Assembly (NCBI GenBank): GCA_964522265.1
Contig: CAZFVS010000064.1
Location: forward strand, 1 to 6,171
DNA: 6,171 nucleotides
Reading direction: 5' to 3'
Source of the DNA: an uncultured Gammaproteobacteria bacterium
GTDB taxonomy: Bacteria > Patescibacteriota > Microgenomatia > Daviesbacterales > UBA10151
Shown one piece after another: positions 1-4,001 of the stretch. Positions within the stretch are counted from its first letter, which is position 1; every line of letters begins with the position of its first letter. The position numbers and the translations under genes are program-made. A model generated the notes under the pieces. The model had not been told where the DNA came from and did no database searches. It saw only the letters and a program-made list of their open reading frames with translations.

Positions 1-70
1 GCTGACAGGTTAGATTGTCCCATCCTTTAATTCCTTAGAATGCAATGACCCTGATTATATTGATATCTAT

Positions 71-811
71 TTACTTTGAGAATTTAAAAGTGGCGAGTAT
101 TTTATTGAAATCCTTTTGATAAGAAACATTTAGTTCAACTGTAGAATCAAAACCTGTATTAAATGATATTCTCAAAATATAATCTGGCATTTCCAGATAA
201 ATATCTCTTTTCCCATTACTGGGGGAAGTAAAAATTATTTCTTTGCCCTCTCTTTTATCTATCACAACTGTTTTTGTCTGTACATTATCACCATAATAAC
301 TAAAATCCATATCAGATAGTTTTTTATTAGAGATAGCAATAAAAGAGATGTCTACGCCTTTGCGCAGAACATCACCACCAGCTTGCCCCCCACCTATAAT
401 ACGCTCTATGTCTTTTCCTAAAGAGACGCTTTCAATAGTAGTTTTCGATCCAAGGGTTTCTTTTAACTCATATCCATTAGGATATTTAATTTCATAACCT
501 CTTTGATTATTTGTATATGTTTTCCAATTTCCGGAAGGAACTGGATTTGACTGATTTGCAGTTTCATTATCTTTTGCAGATGAAGGCTGAGCGCTTGAAG
601 CCGCATTAGGCTCGTTAAATTCTTGTGTTATTTTGTAAGTTTTATTGACTGTATAAATTAATCCTCCTATATAAATTACTACTGCAAGAAGAATTACTAT
701 GGATATCCCAAAAATTAAAACTAATGCTGAAAATCCTGCCTGCCTGTCTGCCGACAGGCAAGACCGGCAGGCATGGCCTTTTTGTTTACACTGAGCGAAG
801 TCGAAGTGCAT
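71..811 (-). CDS. Membrane-anchored/secreted hypothetical protein, paralog 1 of a five-member W-x-TY...YP / [ST]FKF array
   Basis: 741-nt ORF (246 aa plus TAA). In order: basic leader MHFDFAQCKQKG; 14 codons encoded by a GC-rich nested palindrome; hydrophobic helix FSALVLIFGISIVILLAVVIYIGGLIY; S/A/N/P-rich linker; globular part opening WKTYTNNQRGYEIKYPNGYE and closing ILATFKFSK-stop. The four other minus-strand ORFs show the same motif order. No family name is asserted. Confidence 0.85.
   Translation of the reverse strand: MHFDFAQCKQKGHACRSCLSADRQAGFSALVLIFGISIVILLAVVIYIGGLIYTVNKTYKITQEFNEPNAASSAQPSSAKDNETANQSNPVPSGNWKTYTNNQRGYEIKYPNGYELKETLGSKTTIESVSLGKDIERIIGGGQAGGDVLRKGVDISFIAISNKKLSDMDFSYYGDNVQTKTVVIDKREGKEIIFTSPSNGKRDIYLEMPDYILRISFNTGFDSTVELNVSYQKDFNKILATFKFSK
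734..778. repeat. Nested GC-rich palindrome lying in frame inside paralog 1 (42 coding nt, 734-775, encoding HACRSCLSADRQAG)
   Basis: Inner hairpin is tgcctgtc-tgcc-gacaggca (741-760; 8-bp perfect stem, 4-nt loop). Outer stem is cctgcc (735-740) paired with ggcagg (766-771), with a 5-nt bulge agacc. The surrounding DNA is AT-rich. Confidence 0.85.
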
Positions 812-816
812 AAATT
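767..816 (-). repeat. Leader module copy A (start codon plus HFDFAQCKQKG codons plus proximal upstream aaattt)
   Basis: Positions 767-807 are identical over 41 nt to 1945-1985. After one mismatch (808 vs 1986), cataaatt is again identical (809-816 vs 1987-1994). The two proteins are otherwise highly diverged. The module contains a tandem hexamer cgaagtcgaagt. Confidence 0.9.
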
Positions 817-817
817 T

Positions 818-834
818 AGCATAGCATATATAAT
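818..834. promoter_or_regulatory. Putative back-to-back -10 elements for paralog 1 (minus) and hicB (plus)
   Basis: On the minus strand, tatgct (818-823) is followed by a 6-nt spacer aaattt and then ATG (811-809). On the plus strand, tataat (829-834) is followed by a 6-nt spacer agttcc and then ATG at 841. Neither gene has a purine-rich SD. The whole intergenic gap is 29 nt. Confidence 0.4.
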
Positions 835-840
835 AGTTCC

Positions 841-1056
841 ATGAAACAACTTCACTCTGTTGTTTGGAAGGAAGATAAATGGTTTGTGGCTAAAGCTCTT
901 GAAGTAGAGGTGACAAGTCAAGGTAAAACTGAACAACAAGCTTTAAAAAATCTAAAAGAGGCTTTAGAATTATATTTTGAGAATCAATCTCAAATTGATC
1001 TTGCTTTAGTAATTAAACCTAAACTTCAGGATCTATCCATCCAGATCCATGCCTAA
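841..1056 (+). CDS. hicB: HicB-like (UPF0150-type) antitoxin, short form without a DNA-binding domain
   Basis: 71-aa ORF. VVWKEDKWFVAKALEVEVTSQGKTEQQALKNLKEALELYFEN fits the HicB N-terminal domain pattern as I remember it (strand-strand, then T.EEAL.N.KEA.ELY.E). Its 3' end overlaps a HicA-like ORF by 8 nt (ATGCCTAA). Confidence 0.75.
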   Translation: MKQLHSVVWKEDKWFVAKALEVEVTSQGKTEQQALKNLKEALELYFENQSQIDLALVIKPKLQDLSIQIHA

Positions 1057-1219
1057 ACTATATTCTGCCAGAGTAATTTTAGCCGCCTTACAAAAAGCAG
1101 GTTTCTCAACCGTTAGCCAAAAAGGAAGCCACATAAAACTCCAAAAGAAAGCTGGAAATAAAACTTTTATTGTTATTGTCCCAAATCACAAAGAAATTGC
1201 CATTGGAACAGTTTATTAG
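1049..1219 (+). CDS. hicA: HicA-family (YcfA-like) mRNA interferase toxin, possibly C-terminally shortened
   Basis: Absent from the supplied track (56 aa). ATG at 1049, TAG at 1217-1219. Translation: MPKLYSARVILAALQKAGFSTVSQKGSHIKLQKKAGNKTFIVIVPNHKEIAIGTVY. The motif order GF..V.QKGSH..L....G.......P.HKE...GT is the HicA signature, including the GSH motif. Confidence 0.8.
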   Translation: MPKLYSARVILAALQKAGFSTVSQKGSHIKLQKKAGNKTFIVIVPNHKEIAIGTVY

Positions 1220-1238
1220 ATGATGCCCGCACCGCCGG

Positions 1239-1291
1239 TTGGCAAGCACACTTCGTCGATATCTATTTATTATAATTTCTTTGCTTGCCAA
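1239..1291. repeat. 10-bp perfect inverted repeat with a 33-nt AT-rich loop, in the convergent hicA/paralog-2 intergenic region
   Basis: ttggcaagca (1239-1248) is the exact reverse complement of tgcttgccaa (1282-1291). GC-rich flanks (gcccgcaccgccgg upstream) stand out against the AT-rich background. No T-tract follows on either strand. Confidence 0.8.
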
Positions 1292-1320
1292 TCCTGAGCT
1301 TGTCGAAGGGCTGGAGCGCC
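1291..1320. repeat. Orphan copy of a repeat core related to the paralog leader module
   Basis: atcctgagcttgtcgaagggctggagcgcc resembles the plus-strand reading of the leader module: ctgagcgaagtcgaagtgc versus ctgagcttgtcgaagggc. It is not part of any credible ORF. Confidence 0.55.
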
Positions 1321-1338
1321 AGGTATGTAGATATATAT

Positions 1339-1989
1339 TTACTTTAAGAATTTAAAAGTAGAGAGGATTTTATTGTAAATCTCATGATATTTTTCTTGAT
1401 CTTTAACTGGATAGCCAGCGCTGTAAGGACTAAAACCAACTGAAATATAACTGTTATTAGTTTTTTCAAAGAAAACTACCTCAGAACCCAGTGGAGCAGG
1501 TTCAGAGTCAGTTCTGTAAACCCTCACGCCATTTATCATCTCAGTCTTGTATTTATAACCAGATTTATCTAAATAGCTCTTCACACCTTTGTTACCTTTA
1601 TTAATATATAAATGAAACTCATGAGACTCTTGGCCAATATATAATTTTTTCCCAGAATTTATATAAATAGTACAATCCTTATCTTCAACACAGTCAATTA
1701 ACTCCCAATTCAAAGGATACTTAAGAGAATACCCACCTTTATTTTTATAATCACTCCACCCTGCAGTTTCATCTGCTGTAGATGCCTCGGGTTCTGGGGA
1801 AGTTTGATCAGAGGTAAAAACCGGAAGAGGTGGGGCAGATACAGGGAATTTCGGTTTACTCAAGATAATATATCCGGCAACTCCTCCAGCAATGAAGATC
1901 AAAGCCAAAATAACAGCCACAACTGGCGCAAACCCTGCCTGCCAGCAGGCATGGCCTTTTTGTTTACACTGAGCGAAGTCGAAGTTCAT
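1339..1989 (-). CDS. Membrane-anchored/secreted hypothetical protein, paralog 2
   Basis: 651-nt ORF (216 aa plus TAA). In order: leader MNFDFAQCKQKG; 7 palindrome-encoded codons HACWQAG; helix FAPVVAVILALIFIAGGVAGYIIL; P/S/T/E-rich linker; domain opening WSDYKNKGGYSLKYPLNWE and closing ILSTFKFLK-stop. Confidence 0.87.
   Translation of the reverse strand: MNFDFAQCKQKGHACWQAGFAPVVAVILALIFIAGGVAGYIILSKPKFPVSAPPLPVFTSDQTSPEPEASTADETAGWSDYKNKGGYSLKYPLNWELIDCVEDKDCTIYINSGKKLYIGQESHEFHLYINKGNKGVKSYLDKSGYKYKTEMINGVRVYRTDSEPAPLGSEVVFFEKTNNSYISVGFSPYSAGYPVKDQEKYHEIYNKILSTFKFLK
1933..1956. repeat. GC-rich palindrome in frame in paralog 2 (21 coding nt, 1933-1953)
   Basis: In ccctgcctgccagcaggcatggcc, tgcctgc (1936-1942) pairs with gcaggca (1945-1951). 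Realistically this gives a 6-bp stem with a 4-nt loop. The flanks are identical to the copy at 3218-3241. Confidence 0.85.
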
Positions 1990-1994
1990 AAATT
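1945..1994 (-). repeat. Leader module copy B
   Basis: 49/50 nt identity to 767-816 (see copy A). Confidence 0.9.
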
Positions 1995-1995
1995 A

Positions 1996-2001
1996 ATAAT
2001 A
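1996..2001 (-). promoter_or_regulatory. Putative -10 hexamer (tattat) 6 nt upstream of the paralog 2 ATG
   Basis: The minus strand reads tattat-taattt-ATG. No SD-like sequence is present. The same geometry occurs at four other genes in this window. Confidence 0.35.
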
Positions 2002-2005
2002 ACAG

Positions 2006-2021
2006 ATATTTATATAAATAT
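2006..2021. repeat. 16-bp perfect AT-only palindrome upstream of paralog 2
   Basis: atatttatataaatat equals its own reverse complement. It lies 17-32 nt upstream of the paralog 2 start, overlapping the region where a -35 or operator would sit. Confidence 0.6.
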
Positions 2022-2090
2022 TTCTGGTTACAAAGTTAAGCTATAGCATAATATTGTAACCTGACACTCAGCTTAAGTAGTGCAGAAGAG

Positions 2091-2351
2091 TTATTTAATC
2101 TTATGGGAAACAGAAACGATGGGTTGGGAGACAGACCAGAGTTCTCTCTGGATTTTTTTTGGGATGGCTTTGCCTAAATCTTTTAAGAATTTACTGGCAT
2201 TAAAAATTTCAAGTATAACTGGCTCTCCATCCTTTGCAACCTCTACAATACCAAAGTTTGTCTCGTAAGAATCATCTATTTTTTTATCACTTAGTTGAAT
2301 CATTAAAATATCAACATCTTCGCTATAACTAATTTTTTGTGGTGCTTTCAT
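2091..2351 (-). CDS. DUF2283-like small protein
   Basis: 86-aa ORF. ISYSEDVDILMIQLSDKKIDDSYE...GIVEVAKDGEPVILEIFNAS follows the DUF2283 pattern as I recall it (Y..E.D.LYI.L......S.E......D..G.VVGIEIL.AS). Its ATG lies 2 nt after the stop of paralog 3. Confidence 0.7.
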   Translation of the reverse strand: MKAPQKISYSEDVDILMIQLSDKKIDDSYETNFGIVEVAKDGEPVILEIFNASKFLKDLGKAIPKKIQRELWSVSQPIVSVSHKIK

Positions 2352-2353
2352 AT

Positions 2354-3253
2354 TTAATCTATACAGATAGGAGGAGTTGGTTGACCGTTTTCAAAAAAGG
2401 TGAGGCATCCATAGATTAACTCATATTCACTGCATTGTCCTATGTTTCCTTGTCCCGTTTTACTAATACATTTGCCCTGACATTGGTCAGAATCTGTACA
2501 CTGCTTACCACCATCCAAAGTTTTTGGGTTGCATATAAGTTCCTCTAACATACCGCGAGGACCCCACTTACCTCCTATTTCTTTACATTGTTGTTCAGTT
2601 AATCTGTTTTTATTATTTAAAAATTTAAATGCAGAAACAAAAGTTTCAAAATCTTTTGGATCTATTGGTTTACCATACATATGTTTTATCCAAGTGATAT
2701 GATAAATTTTTTTATCTTTTGGAATAAAAATATCGTCTTGATTAAACTGTCCTGGAATCTCTGTAGTCCTTTGGGCTTTTATCCCATCAATATTAATATC
2801 GCTAAGCTTGATCCAAGCCATATTTTTAATTTTCGTCAAGTATTGCTTGGTTGATAAATCTTCTGGGTTGTCTATAACTGAGATATAAACCAGATCTGCT
2901 GATTCGCAATTAAAAGGACTGACGCCGCTTGGGCAAGGCTTAACTTTTGGAGATACCACAATCCATGGTTTATCATACCCTTCCCTTTCTTCTTCACCCA
3001 CCTCCCAATCTAAAGGGTGTTTAAAAGTAAATCCTAAATCCTGATTTTTATAAGTTTGCCAATTGTTTTTCTCGTCTTCTCTGCCGGAAATACTAGCAGG
3101 TGAGGGTTTCGGTATAATAACTTTAGAACTCTGAAATCTAATTTGGAATAAATAAAATCCTCCACCCACCAAACCTACCAGAATTATCAAACTTATTATT
3201 AAAATAATCGGCGCAAACCCTGCCTGCCGACTGGCATGGCCTTTTTGCATCAT
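2354..3253 (-). CDS. Membrane-anchored/secreted hypothetical protein, paralog 3, with an extra C-terminal 8-Cys module
   Basis: 900-nt ORF (299 aa plus TAA). It starts MMQKG, then palindrome-encoded HASRQAG, then helix FAPIILIISLIILVGLVGGGFYLF. The domain opens NWQTYKNQDLGFTFKHPLDWE. The family C-terminus FVSAFKFL is followed by 87 further residues containing 8 Cys. Its ATG overlaps the TGA of the upstream paralog (ATGA). Confidence 0.87.
   Translation of the reverse strand: MMQKGHASRQAGFAPIILIISLIILVGLVGGGFYLFQIRFQSSKVIIPKPSPASISGREDEKNNWQTYKNQDLGFTFKHPLDWEVGEEEREGYDKPWIVVSPKVKPCPSGVSPFNCESADLVYISVIDNPEDLSTKQYLTKIKNMAWIKLSDINIDGIKAQRTTEIPGQFNQDDIFIPKDKKIYHITWIKHMYGKPIDPKDFETFVSAFKFLNNKNRLTEQQCKEIGGKWGPRGMLEELICNPKTLDGGKQCTDSDQCQGKCISKTGQGNIGQCSEYELIYGCLTFFENGQPTPPICID
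3218..3241. repeat. GC-rich palindrome in frame in paralog 3 (21 coding nt, 3218-3238)
   Basis: ccctgcctgccgactggcatggcc has the same arms as 1933-1956. Only the central 4 nt differ (cgac vs cagc on the plus strand). Confidence 0.8.
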
Positions 3254-3981
3254 TTGAGGAGTTTGAAACTTGCAAGGATTTGTTCACCAATACTGCTTTC
3301 ATTTGAATCAGTAAACGTCTTAAACAGGAATATTTTTTCTTCTCTTCCAAGCAACACTATTTTAGGTTTTCCCGGTTGATAATAAATCACTGCTGATTTG
3401 GCCAGTTGTCCACTGACTGTGGCTACATCATTAGGAAAAACATGCACATTGGTTGCGGCATCAAAATCACCCCATAAAAAAGGATAGTACCAATAGCGTT
3501 TATACCAACCCTGCTCATCTAAACCGTTCAGATTTTCAAAAACCCAAACAGAAAATGGAGCTGTATTAAAATTATTATCTTTGCCTAAAACTGCTACTGC
3601 CTCCAAAACCTTACCTGGTTCATACCCCACATAACTTGAGAAGTTTTTCCTGAAGTTTCCATTCCCTCTTGTATCAAAATCCGCCTCATTATCTTCTTTG
3701 ACCTCCAGCTCTTTTGGATACCTGAATTCAAATTCTGAATTTTTATCTGTATAAGTTTTTAGCATATCTATAGCAGCAGACGGACTGGGTTTTGGACTGT
3801 TGAAGATTTTTGAGAGGCCAACCGAGGGAGAATCTACCGAGCCTGGAGTCAGGTTCCTGTAAATTACCATTCCTGAGATAACCAAAACTGCAGCAATCAG
3901 CAAAATAATGAGGAGAGCAGAACCTCTTTGTTTGCACTGAGCGGACTTGTGGTGAGCGGAGTCGAACCAACCGAAGTGCAT
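3250..3981 (-). CDS. Membrane-anchored/secreted hypothetical protein, paralog 4 (no palindrome insert)
   Basis: 732-nt ORF (243 aa plus TGA). The expanded leader MHFGWFDSAHHKSAQCKQRG runs directly into helix SALLIILLIAAVLVISGMVIY. The domain opens LKTYTDKNSEFEFRYPKELE and closes ILASFKLLK-stop. Confidence 0.87.
   Translation of the reverse strand: MHFGWFDSAHHKSAQCKQRGSALLIILLIAAVLVISGMVIYRNLTPGSVDSPSVGLSKIFNSPKPSPSAAIDMLKTYTDKNSEFEFRYPKELEVKEDNEADFDTRGNGNFRKNFSSYVGYEPGKVLEAVAVLGKDNNFNTAPFSVWVFENLNGLDEQGWYKRYWYYPFLWGDFDAATNVHVFPNDVATVSGQLAKSAVIYYQPGKPKIVLLGREEKIFLFKTFTDSNESSIGEQILASFKLLK
3922..3981 (-). repeat. Leader module copy D (expanded variant)
   Basis: It has the same ends as copies A and B (aatttATGcacttcg ... 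gctcagtg.aaacaaa.agg.). Internally it carries extra sequence, including a direct repeat tccgctca ... tccgctca with 15-nt periodicity on the coding strand. Confidence 0.75.
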
Positions 3982-3987
3982 AAATTC

Positions 3988-3993
3988 ATAATA
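3988..3993 (-). promoter_or_regulatory. Putative -10 hexamer (tattat) 6 nt upstream of the paralog 4 ATG
   Basis: The minus strand reads tattat-gaattt-ATG, inside the 20-nt gap after the paralog 5 stop. No SD is present. Confidence 0.3.
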
Positions 3994-4001
3994 CCATAAA
4001 G

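Noticed and set aside
1-23. Possible start of another minus-strand gene (ATG at 23-21 preceded by aagga 8 nt upstream; MGQSNLS...)
   Set aside because: Only 7 codons lie within the window. It is also the only SD-like context here, which contrasts with every other gene. There is too little sequence to support a call.
721-939. Supplied ORFs at 721-939(-), 1106-1291(-), 1804-2046(+), 2080-2268(+), 3138-3350(-), 3743-3970(-) and 4340-4528(-)
   Set aside because: Each lies inside, antisense to, or out of frame with a longer ORF that has clear motif support. Several merely read through the GC-rich repeats or AT-rich spacers. The translations are low-complexity or Cys/Arg-rich with no recognisable motif.
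1220-1330. tRNA or tRNA-like gene in the GC-rich intergenic segment
   Set aside because: I could not build a cloverleaf. There is no GTTCGAATC-type T-loop with a proper 5-bp stem, no acceptor pairing and no plausible anticodon arm.
1933-1953. Translational bypass (hopping) over the hairpin between the two Gly codons
   Set aside because: The hairpin segments contain no stop codon or frameshift, so bypass is not needed. The take-off and landing Gly codons also differ (ggc vs ggg/gga).
1936-1968. Plus-strand reading of the hairpin followed by ggcctttttgttt as a Rho-independent terminator (also at 741-788 and 3221-3247)
   Set aside because: No plus-strand gene ends upstream of any copy. The T-run is separated from the main stem by about 5 nt. 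The T-run is simply the complement of the Lys/Gln codons (caaaaagg) of the leader. It could at most damp antisense transcription.
3250-3252. TGA as a sense codon (code 25 / code 4 recoding)
   Set aside because: The TGA falls exactly after ILASFKLLK, the position where the sister paralogs end with TAA after the same motif. Reading through gives 17 residues of nonsense. The standard bacterial code fits all genes.
735-3981. Repeated leader/palindrome copies as a CRISPR array
   Set aside because: The copies are 0.7-1.3 kb apart, lie inside ORFs, differ in length, and are not separated by uniform short spacers. No cas genes are visible.
735-3981. Palindromes as integron attC sites defining gene cassettes
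   Set aside because: The elements sit in frame at the 5' ends of ORFs and supply part of the coding sequence. I see no GTTRRRY-type core pairs. They are much shorter than typical attC sites, and no integrase or attI is present. A recombination role cannot be fully excluded without more copies.
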